The notes under the pieces are model-generated. The model searched no databases. It saw nothing but the letters and a program-made list of their open reading frames with translations, and was not told the origin of the DNA. From Gammaproteobacteria bacterium (GTDB lineage: Bacteria > Pseudomonadota > Gammaproteobacteria > Steroidobacterales > PWYM01), in the NCBI GenBank assembly GCA_003567475.1, contig PWZL01000026.1, forward strand, positions 7,886-71,885: a stretch of DNA of 64,000 nucleotides, in the 5' to 3' direction. Below, piece after piece: positions 45,010 to 55,478 of the stretch. Every line of letters begins with the position of its first letter. The first letter of the stretch is position 1. A program made the translations under genes and the position numbers.

Positions 45010-46199
45010 AGACGGGCGGCGCTGCGGCCTGGGCAGCCGACGTCATCATTGTTGGCGGCGGGCCTGTCGGCCTTGCGCTAGGTGCCCTGCTGGGACGCAG
45101 CGGGCATCATCGGGTGCTGCTGCTGGATGCACGCGCCGCTTTTCCTGTGCCGGAGGGGGTCGACCCGCGGGTCTACGCGCTGTCACGCGCCAGTCAGTCC
45201 CTGCTGGAGCGCTGCGGTGCCTGGGAGGCGCTGGCCCCTCGCCATGCCTGGCCCTACCTGCGTATGGAAGTCTGGGACGGCGCCAGGCCGCGCCATCCGG
45301 CGAGCACGCTGGTGTTTGATGCCGCTGAGCTCGACCAGCCGGATCTCGGTCATATTGTCGAAAACGCACGCCTCGAGCAGGCGCTGCGTGAGTCGGCCCT
45401 CGCCTGTGACACAGTCAGGCTACGCAGCGGCACCCGTGTGGAAGCGCTCGAGCTCGCGGCTGCGGGCGCCGTGGTGGTCACGGCCGAGGGAGAGCGTCTG
45501 CAGGCCGGTCTCGTGGTGGCCGCTGATGGTGCCGGCTCGCGATTGCGCGCGCTGGCCGGTATCGAGGTGCAGCAACGCGACTACCAGCAGCGTGCGATCG
45601 TGACCCATGTCACGACGGAACAGCCGCACGGCCAGACGGCCTGGCAAAGGTTTCTTCCCACCGGGCCCGTGGCCCTGCTGCCGCTGGGTGACGGCCGCTG
45701 CTCGGTGGTCTGGTCCGCAGACGACGGACTCGCCGATGAGTTGCTGGCGATGTCCGACGACAGCTTTGCGACAGCATTGGGCGAGGCGACCGAATATGCG
45801 CTGGGGACCTTGAGTGCGCCGGAGCCGCGCATCGCCCTGCCGCTCAGGCGGTTGCATGCCCGGACCTATACCGCACGACGTTTCGTGCTGATGGGTGATG
45901 CCGCGCATGTCGTCCACCCGCTCGCCGGCCAGGGGGTCAACCTGGGGCTGGCCGACGCCGCGATGCTGGCTGACTGCCTCGACGCTGATGCCGACCCGGG
46001 TGAGCGGCGTGGGCTGCGCCGCTACGAACGCACCCGCAAGACGGACAACCTCGCCACGCTCGCCGGCATGGATGCGCTGCAACGGATCTTTGCCCTGCGC
46101 CGCGAGCCGATGGCCGGTCTGCGGGCAGGTGGCCTCGGGCTGGTGCAGCGCGCCAGGCCGCTCAAGCGGCGGCTGATGCGACGCGCGCTGGGTGTCTGA
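45006..46199 (+). CDS. ubiH: FAD-dependent ubiquinone-biosynthesis hydroxylase (UbiH/UbiI/UbiF family)
   Basis: DVIIVGGGPVGLALG, GDAAHVVHPLAGQGVNLG. The ATGA overlap with pepP and the position argue for ubiH. Confidence 0.8.
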   Translation: MKTGGAAAWAADVIIVGGGPVGLALGALLGRSGHHRVLLLDARAAFPVPEGVDPRVYALSRASQSLLERCGAWEALAPRHAWPYLRMEVWDGARPRHPASTLVFDAAELDQPDLGHIVENARLEQALRESALACDTVRLRSGTRVEALELAAAGAVVVTAEGERLQAGLVVAADGAGSRLRALAGIEVQQRDYQQRAIVTHVTTEQPHGQTAWQRFLPTGPVALLPLGDGRCSVVWSADDGLADELLAMSDDSFATALGEATEYALGTLSAPEPRIALPLRRLHARTYTARRFVLMGDAAHVVHPLAGQGVNLGLADAAMLADCLDADADPGERRGLRRYERTRKTDNLATLAGMDALQRIFALRREPMAGLRAGGLGLVQRARPLKRRLMRRALGV

Positions 46200-46271
46200 G
46201 ACGCCGGTACTGACCACGCAGCCGCGTGGTCGCGCGATATACTCGGCCGCCTTGTCATTCTGTGGTGGAGC

Positions 46272-47804
46272 ATGAAAAACCGACACCTGCTGGGTCTCGT
46301 CCTGGCGCTGGCGCTGACCGGCCTGGCGGTGTTTGGCTATAAGGTGATGGTCCTCGGCTTTCCGATGGCACCCGAGCAGGTGGCAGACACCTGGACGATC
46401 GAGGCGGCAGTGTCGTTTGATGGCGGTCCGGGTTCGGTGCGGGCGACGCTGTTCGTCCCCACGCTGATGCCAGGCTACGCCTTGCTCGAAGAGAATTTCA
46501 TTTCCCGCGGATTCGGCTTCAGCACTCAGCTCGCGCCCGGCGGGCGCGAGGCCGAGTGGACAGTCCGTCGGGCCCCGGGACGCCAGGTGCTGTATTACCG
46601 GGCGGTGGTTTATCGCGATGCCTTGCGGCGAGGTGAGGACACTGCCCCCGAGTTCCCGCCACCGCCTGTGCTGGATGAGCCATTTGCTACCGCGATGCGG
46701 GTGCTGGTCGACGATGCCCGCGAACGTTCAGCGGATTCGGTGAGCCTGGCCGCGGCCTTGATCCGGCGCCTGAACGAGCCGGTGCCGGACCAGAACGCCG
46801 AATTGTTCCGAAGCAGTGCGCGCACCGACACCGAGCTGGCACAGACCATCAGCACGCTGCTCGCCGGTGCGCGTATCCCGGCGAGGGTGGTGCGCGGTGT
46901 CCTGTTGCAGGACCAGGCACGGGATGCCGCCATCGTGCCGTGGCTGGAGCTCTACGACGGCAACGAGTGGGTGTTCCTGAATCCCCGTACCGGTGAACGC
47001 AACCTGCCGCCGAACTACCTCGCCTGGTGGCGCGGCGCGCGTCCGCTGCTACATGTCGAGGGCGGCAGCAATGCCGCGGTGAATCTGTCCGTGCGGCGAA
47101 ACCCTGTCGATGCGATGCTGCTGGCCGAGGGGCGCGCCGATCAGCGCGGCAGTCGGTTGGTGGAGTTCTCGCCTCTGGCCCTGCCGGTTCAGACCCAGGC
47201 GGTCTACTCGTTCCTGTTATTGATTCCGGTCGGTGCCCTGGTCATCGGTATCCTGCGTAACGTCATCGGTTTCAAGACTTTCGGCACCTTCATGCCCGTC
47301 CTCATCGCGCTGGCGTTCAAGGAGACGCAACTGCTTGCCGGACTGATATTGTTCACCCTGATCGTCAGCCTGGGGCTGCTGGTAAGGTTTTACCTGGAAC
47401 ACCTCCGCCTGCTGCTTGTGCCCAGACTCTCGGCGGTACTGATCGTCGTCGTTTTGCTGATGTTGGCGGTCAGCATTCTCGCACACCGGCTGGGTTTCGA
47501 GACCGGCCTCTCGGTCGCCCTGTTCCCGATGGTCATTCTCGCGATGACGATCGAGCGCATGTCCATCGTCTGGGAGGAACGCGGCGCGGGCGAAGCGATT
47601 CAGCAGGGGCTTGGAAGCCTCGCCGTGGCGAGTCTGGCCTACCTGGTCATGGGCATCACGCTGGTTCAGCATCTGGTGTTCGTCTTCCCCGAACTGCTGT
47701 TGCTGATCCTGGCGGCGATGCTGCTGCTCGGGCGGTACACAGGCTACCGACTGCTGGAACTGCGACGCTTTCGTGCCTTCGCCGATGACCGGTCCCGTTC
47801 ATGA
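46272..47804 (+). CDS. Membrane protein: N-terminal anchor, extracytoplasmic transglutaminase-like (apparently inactive) domain and C-terminal about-7-TM module
   Basis: One TM at residues 5-27, about 270 soluble residues, then consecutive hydrophobic helices from about residue 300 (VYSFLLLIPVGALVIGILRNVIGFKTFGTFMPVLIALAF...). The family call is from recall of UUP1 / 7TM-transglutaminase proteins, which are paired with a RimK-like ligase. Confidence 0.75.
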   Translation: MKNRHLLGLVLALALTGLAVFGYKVMVLGFPMAPEQVADTWTIEAAVSFDGGPGSVRATLFVPTLMPGYALLEENFISRGFGFSTQLAPGGREAEWTVRRAPGRQVLYYRAVVYRDALRRGEDTAPEFPPPPVLDEPFATAMRVLVDDARERSADSVSLAAALIRRLNEPVPDQNAELFRSSARTDTELAQTISTLLAGARIPARVVRGVLLQDQARDAAIVPWLELYDGNEWVFLNPRTGERNLPPNYLAWWRGARPLLHVEGGSNAAVNLSVRRNPVDAMLLAEGRADQRGSRLVEFSPLALPVQTQAVYSFLLLIPVGALVIGILRNVIGFKTFGTFMPVLIALAFKETQLLAGLILFTLIVSLGLLVRFYLEHLRLLLVPRLSAVLIVVVLLMLAVSILAHRLGFETGLSVALFPMVILAMTIERMSIVWEERGAGEAIQQGLGSLAVASLAYLVMGITLVQHLVFVFPELLLLILAAMLLLGRYTGYRLLELRRFRAFADDRSRS

Positions 47805-48763
47805 TGACGTTGTGGCGACAGTTGCGTCGGCAGGGGGTGCTCGGGCTCAACGCCCGCAACGGCGAGTTCATCCTGCCCACGAACGACCGGCGTCATTACC
47901 CGCTGGTTGACGACAAGCTGCGCACCAAGGCACTGGCGTCCCAGGCCGGCATGCCGGTACCGGAGCTCTACGGCGTTATCGAGACTGAGCACGATATCGG
48001 GCGCCTGGGGGTGATGCTCGAGCCGTACGAGACCTTCGTGATCAAACCGGCCCAGGGCAGTGGTGGCGACGGGATTATTGTGGTGGTTGGCCGCACCCGG
48101 CGGCGCGAGCTGACGTTCCGTCAGGTGTCTGGCGCGCTGATCACGCTCGCGGACCTGCAACATCACGTGTCCAACATGCTTAACGGCCAGTTCAGTCTCG
48201 GCGGCCATCCCGACCGTGCCATGGTCGAGTACTGTGTCGGCTTTGATCCCGTCTTCGAGAATATCAGCCACGAGGGCGTGCCCGACATCCGAGTGATTGT
48301 CTATCGTGGCGTGCCGGTGATGGCCATGGTGCGGCTGCCGACGCGCCAGTCCGGCGGCAAGGCAAACCTGCATCAGGGTGCTGTCGGCGCCGGCGTCGAC
48401 ATGCCGACCGGCCGGACCCTCTCGGGGGTGATCGGCAACGAGGTCATCGACGAGCATCCCGACACGGGAATGCCCATTGCAGGGATCGCAGTGCCGCAAT
48501 GGGACGTGATCCTCGCCTCCTCGGCCCGCGCTGCAGACATCACCGGACTGGGGTATCTTGGCGTCGACATGGTGCTGGACAGGAAACATGGACCCCTCAT
48601 GCTGGAACTCAACGCCCGGCCTGGGCTCAACATTCAGCTTGCCAACCGCCGCGGCCTGAGGCTGCGGCTCGAACAGGTCGATCGCGCGCTGGCTGGCCGT
48701 GGTGATGTCACTGCGCGGGTGGCCTTTGCACGCGAGCATTTCGCCCATGAGCCCCAGGGCTGA
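47801..48763 (+). CDS. RimK-related ATP-grasp (alpha-L-glutamate ligase-like) protein
   Basis: VLGLNARNGEFILPTNDRRHYPLVDDKLRTK, FVIKPAQGSGGDGI, and GYLGVDMVLDRKHGPLMLELNARPGL. Its ATG overlaps the upstream stop (ATGA). Confidence 0.8.
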   Translation: MMTLWRQLRRQGVLGLNARNGEFILPTNDRRHYPLVDDKLRTKALASQAGMPVPELYGVIETEHDIGRLGVMLEPYETFVIKPAQGSGGDGIIVVVGRTRRRELTFRQVSGALITLADLQHHVSNMLNGQFSLGGHPDRAMVEYCVGFDPVFENISHEGVPDIRVIVYRGVPVMAMVRLPTRQSGGKANLHQGAVGAGVDMPTGRTLSGVIGNEVIDEHPDTGMPIAGIAVPQWDVILASSARAADITGLGYLGVDMVLDRKHGPLMLELNARPGLNIQLANRRGLRLRLEQVDRALAGRGDVTARVAFAREHFAHEPQG

Positions 48764-49352
48764 GCGACGGCTCTTGCGGGTCTGCGTCTTCTGCGGCTCG
48801 CAGGCAGGGCGGCGGCCGGCCTATCTCAAGGCGGCCGAGACGTTGGGTGAATTACTCGCCGCCAGCGGGATCGGGGTGGTTTACGGCGGTGGCCGGGTCG
48901 GGTTGATGGGGGCGCTCGCCGACAGCGCCCTGGCGGCCGGTGGGGAAGTGATCGGGGTCATTCCCCGTGGGCTGCTCGAGCGGGAAGTCGGCCACCCTCG
49001 CCTGACAAGGCTCGAGGTTGTCGACTCCATGCATCAGCGCAAAGCCCGCATGGCCGAGCTCGCCGATGGCTTCATCGCGCTGCCTGGAGGCTACGGGACG
49101 CTGGAGGAGCTGTTCGAGGCACTGACCTGGTGCCAACTGGGTATTCAGGCCAAGCCCTGCGGTCTGCTCAACATCGAAGGTTATTTCGACGGCCTGCAGC
49201 TGCAGCTCGAGCGCAGCGTGGACGACGGCCTGCTGCGACCCTTGCATGCGGGCCTGTTGTTGATCGACACCGAGGTCGCGGGCCTGCTGGAGCGCCTCGA
49301 GGCCATGGAGCTGCCGACGCTTCGCCGTTGGCTGGCGCCGGCGCAGACGTGA
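48747..49352 (+). CDS. LOG family (TIGR00730-type) nucleotide phosphoribohydrolase
   Basis: VCVFCGS, VYGGGRVGLMG, and ALPGGYGTLEELFE. The ATG at 48747 lies 17 nt inside the preceding gene. Confidence 0.85.
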   Translation: MSPRAERRLLRVCVFCGSQAGRRPAYLKAAETLGELLAASGIGVVYGGGRVGLMGALADSALAAGGEVIGVIPRGLLEREVGHPRLTRLEVVDSMHQRKARMAELADGFIALPGGYGTLEELFEALTWCQLGIQAKPCGLLNIEGYFDGLQLQLERSVDDGLLRPLHAGLLLIDTEVAGLLERLEAMELPTLRRWLAPAQT

Positions 49353-49378
49353 CGGTCAGCGGCTGATCGGCCAGGGGT

Positions 49379-50605
49379 TCAGCGGTCCTCACGTGCGGCG
49401 TAATGGCTGATCACGTAATCCTCGACCATCTGCTGGAACTCGGCGGCAATGTTGTCACCCTTCAGCGTCAGTGCCCGTTCGCCGTCCACGTAGACAGGGG
49501 CCACCGGCCGCTCGCCGGTGCCCGGCAGGCTGATGCCGATGTTCGCATGTCGGCTCTCGCCGGGCCCGTTCACCACACAGCCCATCACCGCCACAGTCAT
49601 CTCTTCCACGCCGGCGTGACGCTGACGCCACTGCGGCATGCGGTGGCGGATGTGCGACTGGATCTGCTGGGCGAGCTCCTGGAAATAACTGCTGGTGGTG
49701 CGCCCGCAACCCGGGCAGGCGATCACCATGGGCGTGAAGGCGCGAATACCCATCGTCTGCAGGATCTCCTGGGCGACGATGACCTCCTGGGTCCGGTCGC
49801 CGCCAGGTTCCGGCGTGAGCGAGATGCGGATGGTGTCGCCGATCCCCTGCTGGAGCAGCACCGCCAGCGCCGCGGTCGAGGCAACAATGCCTTTGGAGCC
49901 CATGCCCGCCTCGGTGAGACCGAGATGCAGTGGGTAGCGGCAGCGCTTGGCGAGGTCCGTATACACGGCGATCAGGTCCTGCACGCCACTCATCTTGCAG
50001 GAGATGACAATCCGGTCAGAGGGCAGGCCGAGGGCTTCGGCGCGCGCCGCACTGTTGAGCGCCGAGGTGATCAACGCCTCGTGCATCACGGCGTTGACGT
50101 CGCGCGGCTTCGCCGCCTTGGCGTTCTCGTCCATCAGTGCGGTCAGCAGTGCCTGGTCCAGGCTGCCCCAGTTGACACCGATCCGCACCGGCTTGTCGTA
50201 GCGGCAGGCAACATCGATCATCGCGGCGAACTGCGGGTCTTTCTTGGCGCCGCGACCAACATTGCCGGGGTTGATCCGGTACTTGGCCAACGCCTCGGCA
50301 CAGGCAGGATGCTCGGTCAGTAACTTGTGTCCGTTGAAATGAAAGTCGCCGACCAGCGGGACGACGACGCCGAGGCCCTCAAGCCGATCGCGGATATGTG
50401 GCACGGCAGCGGCCGCCTCAGCCGTATTGACGGTGACCCGGACGATCTCCGACCCGGCACGGGCCAGCTCGCGGACCTGCTGCACGGTGGCCTCGATATC
50501 TGCGGTATCCGTGTTGGTCATGGACTGCACCACGACCGGCGCCGCGCCGCCGACCGTGACTCGCCCGACGCGGACTGGCAAGGATGTTCTGCGCGCTGCG
50601 ATCAT
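49379..50605 (-). CDS. ispG: HMBPP synthase IspG
   Basis: [23 protein letters not shown], and [10 protein letters not shown]. Confidence 0.93.
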   Translation of the reverse strand: MIAARRTSLPVRVGRVTVGGAAPVVVQSMTNTDTADIEATVQQVRELARAGSEIVRVTVNTAEAAAAVPHIRDRLEGLGVVVPLVGDFHFNGHKLLTEHPACAEALAKYRINPGNVGRGAKKDPQFAAMIDVACRYDKPVRIGVNWGSLDQALLTALMDENAKAAKPRDVNAVMHEALITSALNSAARAEALGLPSDRIVISCKMSGVQDLIAVYTDLAKRCRYPLHLGLTEAGMGSKGIVASTAALAVLLQQGIGDTIRISLTPEPGGDRTQEVIVAQEILQTMGIRAFTPMVIACPGCGRTTSSYFQELAQQIQSHIRHRMPQWRQRHAGVEEMTVAVMGCVVNGPGESRHANIGISLPGTGERPVAPVYVDGERALTLKGDNIAAEFQQMVEDYVISHYAAREDR

Positions 50606-50789
50606 GTGGATGGTGTCCTGTGAATGTCCAGTTGCCGGTCGATCCCGCCCTCGAGGCCGGGGGCCAGCATATCAAGGGGCTAGAGTTATGGATTGTCCCG
50701 GAGCCATCGGGGGTCGGCAAGCGGCATGCGGCCGGGGTAGAGCTCGCCGGGTGCATCGGCTATGATCCAAACTACCAATCGACAATTGA

Positions 50790-50962
50790 CGGCCGGAGAG
50801 AGTCTGCCCCGCGCAGGCCGCCGAAGGCGCAACCCGCCCGGAAACGCTCAGGCAACAGGGACGGTCGTCACAGGTTGGCTCTGGAGAGCGGCCCCTCGCG
50901 GGCCCACCGAAGGTGAGCGGCGCGGCAACTTCGCGCTCAATCTCTCAGGTATCAGGACAGAG
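50790..50962 (+). promoter_or_regulatory. Tandem glycine riboswitch (two aptamers) in the gcvT leader
   Basis: Aptamer 1: GGAGAG...GCCGAAGGCGCAA...CTCAGGCAACAGGGAC. Aptamer 2: CTCTGGAGAG...CACCGAAGG...CTCAGGTATCAGGACAGAG. It ends about 60 nt upstream of the gcvT ATG. Confidence 0.85.
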
Positions 50963-51023
50963 GGGCGGCGGACCGCGCACGGCGCGGGTTCGCCGACGTC
51001 TGTCACCTGACCGGAGCGCCGCC

Positions 51024-52109
51024 ATGTCCCAGCGTACCCCTCTGTATGAACAACACCTCGCCGACGGCGCGAAAATCGTCGACTTCAGCGGCTGGGACAT
51101 GCCGTTGCATTACGGCTCCCAGGTCGATGAACATCACAGTGTGCGCCGCGCTGCGGGTGTGTTCGACGTCTCTCACATGTGCGTCGTCGACCTGCGTGGC
51201 AGCGGTGGCCGTGCGCTGCTCTCGCGCCTGATCGCCAACGACCCCGGCAAACTTCGCAGCCCTGGCCGCGCGCTCTACACCTGCATGCTCAACGATCGCG
51301 GCGGCGTGATCGACGATCTCATCGTCTATTACTTTGCCGACGACTTCTACCGGGTGGTGGTCAATGCCGGTACGCGTGACAAGGACGTGGCCTGGCTGCG
51401 CCAGCATGCCGAGGCCTTGCCGGTCGAGGTACAGGAGCGGCGGGATCTCGCCATGCTGGCCGTGCAGGGGCCTCGGGCTCGCGAACTCGCGGCGCCGCGG
51501 GTGGGGGTCGCTGCGGAGGCGGCGCTGGCGCTCAAGCCCTTCACTGCCGCCATGGATGGCGACTGGATGGTGGCGCGCACCGGGTATACCGGTGAGGACG
51601 GCTGGGAACTCGTGCTGCCGGCAGGCGAAGCCCGGGAGCTGTGGCAGGCGCTGCTCGCGGCGGGCGTACGGCCCTGTGGCCTGGGGGCGCGCGATACGTT
51701 GCGGCTCGAGGCGGGGTTGAACCTGTACGGCCAGGACATGGATGAGGAGGTGTCGCCACTGGCCTGCGGGCTGGCCTGGACGATCGCCTGGGCGCCGGCC
51801 GATCGCGATTTCATCGGGCGTGGCGCACTCGAGGCCGAGCGCGCTGCCGGCTCTTCGCCGCGCTTTGTCGGGCTGCTGCTTGAGGACCGTGGCGTGTTGC
51901 GGGCCGGTTATCCGGTGCATACCGCACACGGCGAGGGCATCGTCACCAGCGGCGGCTTCTCGCCGACACTGTCGCGGTCCATCGGGCTGGCACGACTGCC
52001 CGCCGGGGCCGGTGAGCAGTGCGAGGTCGAGATCCGCGGCCGGCGGCTGGCGGCGCGTGTGGTCAGCCCCCCGTTCGTACGTCATGGCGAGCCCAGGATC
52101 GCACTGTAG
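51024..52109 (+). CDS. gcvT: Glycine cleavage system aminomethyltransferase T
   Basis: An internal ATG gives [52 protein letters not shown]. Confidence 0.93.
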   Translation: MSQRTPLYEQHLADGAKIVDFSGWDMPLHYGSQVDEHHSVRRAAGVFDVSHMCVVDLRGSGGRALLSRLIANDPGKLRSPGRALYTCMLNDRGGVIDDLIVYYFADDFYRVVVNAGTRDKDVAWLRQHAEALPVEVQERRDLAMLAVQGPRARELAAPRVGVAAEAALALKPFTAAMDGDWMVARTGYTGEDGWELVLPAGEARELWQALLAAGVRPCGLGARDTLRLEAGLNLYGQDMDEEVSPLACGLAWTIAWAPADRDFIGRGALEAERAAGSSPRFVGLLLEDRGVLRAGYPVHTAHGEGIVTSGGFSPTLSRSIGLARLPAGAGEQCEVEIRGRRLAARVVSPPFVRHGEPRIAL

Positions 52110-52172
52110 CTCGCCGGTTGAATTCAGGGCCGTGGCGCTCCCGCGGCCGCAACAGTGGAGTCGGAGAAACCC

Positions 52173-52565
52173 ATGAGTGAAGTCCCTTTGGAATTGAAAT
52201 ACACCTCGGATCACGAGTGGCTGCGTCTTGAAGACGATGGGAGCGTCGTGGTCGGGGTCACCGATCATGCCCAGGCGGCGCTCGGCGAGCTGGTGTTCGT
52301 GGAGCTGCCAGAGGCGGGCAGCGAAGTCGTCCAGGGCGATGCCTGTGCGGTGGTGGAATCCGTGAAGGCGGCCTCGGACGTATACGCTCCCGTCACCGGC
52401 GAGATTATGGGCATCAACGAGAATCTCGGTGACGCGCCCGAGAAGGTCAATCAGGAGCCCTACGGCGACGGTTGGCTGTTCCGTATGCGCCTTGCCGACC
52501 CCGATGCACTCGACGAGCTGCTCGATGCGGAGGCCTACCAGGCGTTGCTCGACGAACTCGACTGA
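52173..52565 (+). CDS. gcvH: Glycine cleavage system H protein
   Basis: [11 protein letters not shown] and the lipoyl-lysine context [22 protein letters not shown] precedes the ATG at 52173. Confidence 0.93.
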   Translation: MSEVPLELKYTSDHEWLRLEDDGSVVVGVTDHAQAALGELVFVELPEAGSEVVQGDACAVVESVKAASDVYAPVTGEIMGINENLGDAPEKVNQEPYGDGWLFRMRLADPDALDELLDAEAYQALLDELD

Positions 52566-52597
52566 GATCCACGAATAGCCCGCGAGGAGCCCTGATC

Positions 52598-53971
52598 ATG
52601 GCATTCATTCCCCATACCGAGGGCGACGTCGCCGATATGCTCGCCGCGATCGGCGCGGCCAGTATCGGTGAGTTGTTCGACGAAATTCCGCCCGGTCTGC
52701 GAGCCGACGAGCTGCCGGGTGTGCCCGAGGCCATCGGCGAGATGGAGATCACGCGGCTGATGCAGGCGCGTGCTGCCGAGGACCAGGGGGCCTTGTGCTT
52801 CATCGGTGCCGGGGCTTACGAACACCACATCCCGGCGGCGGTCTGGGAAATCACCACGCGGGGCGAGTACTACAGCGCCTACACGCCCTACCAGGCGGAG
52901 GCCAGCCAGGGCACGCTGCAGCTGATCTACGAATACCAGAGCATGATGGCGAGCCTCACAGGGCTGGATGTCTCCAACGCTTCGCTCTATGACGGCGCCT
53001 CGGCACTGGCCGAGGCGGCACTCATGGCAGTGCGCGCAAACCGGCGTTCGAAGGCCCGGCGGATCCTGCTGCCGCGCACGGTGCCGCCGGTCTATGCTCG
53101 CGTGGCCGAGGCGATCGCGGGCACCCAGGGGATCGAATTCTGCCGGGTCGACTACGATGCCGCCACCGGTACGACGCCGCTCACCGCGCTCGCGCCCTGG
53201 GAGCACGAAGACGTCACCGCAGTGGTCATCCCGCAGCCGACCTTCCTCGGCAGTCTCGAGGCGGTCGACGCGCTGACCGACTGGGCACACGCCCGCGGCG
53301 CGCTGGTGATCGCGGTGGTCAATCCCATGTCACTGGCCCTGCTCAAGCCACCTGGGCAGTGGGGCACGGCGGGTGCCGATATCGCCTGCGGTGAGGGGCA
53401 GCCGTTGGGCGTGCCGCTGTCTTCGGGCGGGCCGTACTTCGGCTTCATGACCACGCGCGAAGCGCATGTGCGCCAGATGCCCGGGCGCATCGTCGGGCGT
53501 ACGGTAGACCTCGATGGCAAACCCGGATTCACGCTCACGCTGCAGGCTAGGGAGCAGCATATCCGCCGCTCCAAGGCGACCTCGAACATCTGCACCAATC
53601 AGGGATTGATGGTGACAGCCGCGACCCTCTACATGTCTCTGCTCGGCGCCGAGGGTCTGGCGCGCGTTGCCGCATCCAGTCACGCCAATACGCGGCGTCT
53701 GGTTGAGACGCTCAGCGCCCTGCCAGGGGTGGAACGGGCGCTGAGCGGTCCTTGTTTCCACGAGAGCGTGCTGCGCTTCGACCGTCCGGTCGGACCGGTG
53801 CTTGAGGCACTGGCGAACCGCGATGTGTTCGGGGGCTATGACCTCTCCGTGGATTTCCCGGAGCTCGGCCACGCCCTGCTGGTCTGCGCCACCGAGACGA
53901 AGACCGCCGAGGATATCGCGCACTACGCCGGGGCGCTCGGCGAGGTGCTCAAGCAGCAGAAGGTGGCCTGA
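52598..53971 (+). CDS. gcvPA: Glycine dehydrogenase (decarboxylating) subunit 1
   Basis: [19 protein letters not shown]..., [29 protein letters not shown], and [12 protein letters not shown]. Confidence 0.92.
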   Translation: MAFIPHTEGDVADMLAAIGAASIGELFDEIPPGLRADELPGVPEAIGEMEITRLMQARAAEDQGALCFIGAGAYEHHIPAAVWEITTRGEYYSAYTPYQAEASQGTLQLIYEYQSMMASLTGLDVSNASLYDGASALAEAALMAVRANRRSKARRILLPRTVPPVYARVAEAIAGTQGIEFCRVDYDAATGTTPLTALAPWEHEDVTAVVIPQPTFLGSLEAVDALTDWAHARGALVIAVVNPMSLALLKPPGQWGTAGADIACGEGQPLGVPLSSGGPYFGFMTTREAHVRQMPGRIVGRTVDLDGKPGFTLTLQAREQHIRRSKATSNICTNQGLMVTAATLYMSLLGAEGLARVAASSHANTRRLVETLSALPGVERALSGPCFHESVLRFDRPVGPVLEALANRDVFGGYDLSVDFPELGHALLVCATETKTAEDIAHYAGALGEVLKQQKVA

Positions 53972-53972
53972 G

Positions 53973-55439
53973 ATGACTGAATCACTGATTTTCGAACAGT
54001 CCCGCGCGGGACGGTTTGCCCGGGCGCAGGCGCCGGTGGTGCGCGAGGATGTCGAGCTTCCGGCCGACTGTCTGCGTGCCGAGCCGCCCATGCTGCCCGA
54101 GGTGTCTGAGCTGCAGGCCGTGCGTCATTACACCCGGTTATCGCAGCGCAACTTCTCCATCGACACCCATTTCTACCCCCTGGGGTCGTGCACCATGAAG
54201 TACAACCCGCGAGCGTGTAACACACTCGCGATGTTGCCGGGGTTTCGCGGGCGACATCCGTATGCGCCGGCCTCGCACAGTCAGGGTTTCCTTGCCTGCA
54301 TGTTCGAGCTGCAGGAGATGCTGAAAGGCGTCACCGGCATGCAGGCGGTTTCGCTGACGCCGATGGCCGGGGCGCAGGGCGAACTGGCCGGTGTGCTGAT
54401 GATCCGGGCCTATCACCATGCCCGCAACGAGACGCACCGCAACGAAATCCTCGTGCCGGATGCGGCCCATGGCACCAATCCGGCGACGGCCGTGATGTGT
54501 GGCATGAAAGTCGTGGAACTGCCGACGGACGCCGATGGCGATGTGGATATCGCGGCCCTCGAACAGGCGGTCGGGCCGAACACGGCCGGGATCATGCTGA
54601 CCAATCCGTCCACGGTCGGCGTATTCGAACGCAAGATCGAACAGATCGCAAAGATCGTCCATGGTGCCGGCGGGCTGCTTTACTACGATGGCGCGAATCT
54701 CAATGCCATCCTTGGCAAGGTACGGCCCGGCGACATGGGCTTTGACGTCATCCACATGAACCTGCACAAGACCTTCTCCACCCCCCATGGCGGCGGCGGC
54801 CCAGGCTCCGGGGCGGTCGGTGTGGGGGCCCGGCTGAAACCGTTCATGCCGATTCCCGTGGTCGGGCGTGAGGGCGATCGCTACCGCTGGCAGGATGAAA
54901 AAGACCTGCCGCAGAGCATCGGGCGGCTGTCGGGTTTCATGGGCAACGCGGGCGTGCTGCTGCGCGCCTACATTTACATGCGCATGCTCGGCCACGAGGG
55001 CATGCGGCAGGTGGGCGAGTTTGCGACGCTGAACGCCAACTACCTGGCGGCCCGGCTGAAGGCCGCCGGCTTTGAACTGGCCTATCCGCGCCGGCGCGCA
55101 AGCCACGAGTTTATCGTCACCCTCAAGCGCATGGCCAAGGATCAGGGCGTCACCGCCATGGATGTCGCCAAGGCGCTGCTGGATTACGGCTACCACGCGC
55201 CCACGACCTACTTTCCGCTACTGGTCCCGGAATGCCTGCTCATCGAGCCGACCGAAACCGAATCCAAGGAAGTGCTGGACGGGTTCGTCGACGCGATGTG
55301 TGACATCATGGAGCGTGCCGCACGCGACGCCGAACACCTGAAGGGTGCGCCCTGGACCCTGCCGGTCCGCAGGCTCGACGACGTGCGCGCCGCCCGCCAG
55401 CTCGATGTAGCCTGGCGGCCAGAGGGTGCCGACGCCTGA
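53973..55439 (+). CDS. gcvPB: Glycine dehydrogenase (decarboxylating) subunit 2
   Basis: [14 protein letters not shown]..., [12 protein letters not shown], and the PLP-lysine context [18 protein letters not shown]. Confidence 0.92.
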   Translation: MTESLIFEQSRAGRFARAQAPVVREDVELPADCLRAEPPMLPEVSELQAVRHYTRLSQRNFSIDTHFYPLGSCTMKYNPRACNTLAMLPGFRGRHPYAPASHSQGFLACMFELQEMLKGVTGMQAVSLTPMAGAQGELAGVLMIRAYHHARNETHRNEILVPDAAHGTNPATAVMCGMKVVELPTDADGDVDIAALEQAVGPNTAGIMLTNPSTVGVFERKIEQIAKIVHGAGGLLYYDGANLNAILGKVRPGDMGFDVIHMNLHKTFSTPHGGGGPGSGAVGVGARLKPFMPIPVVGREGDRYRWQDEKDLPQSIGRLSGFMGNAGVLLRAYIYMRMLGHEGMRQVGEFATLNANYLAARLKAAGFELAYPRRRASHEFIVTLKRMAKDQGVTAMDVAKALLDYGYHAPTTYFPLLVPECLLIEPTETESKEVLDGFVDAMCDIMERAARDAEHLKGAPWTLPVRRLDDVRAARQLDVAWRPEGADA

Positions 55440-55478
55440 TCGGCAGATGAATCTCAGGGAAGCAGCGGGGGGAACACA

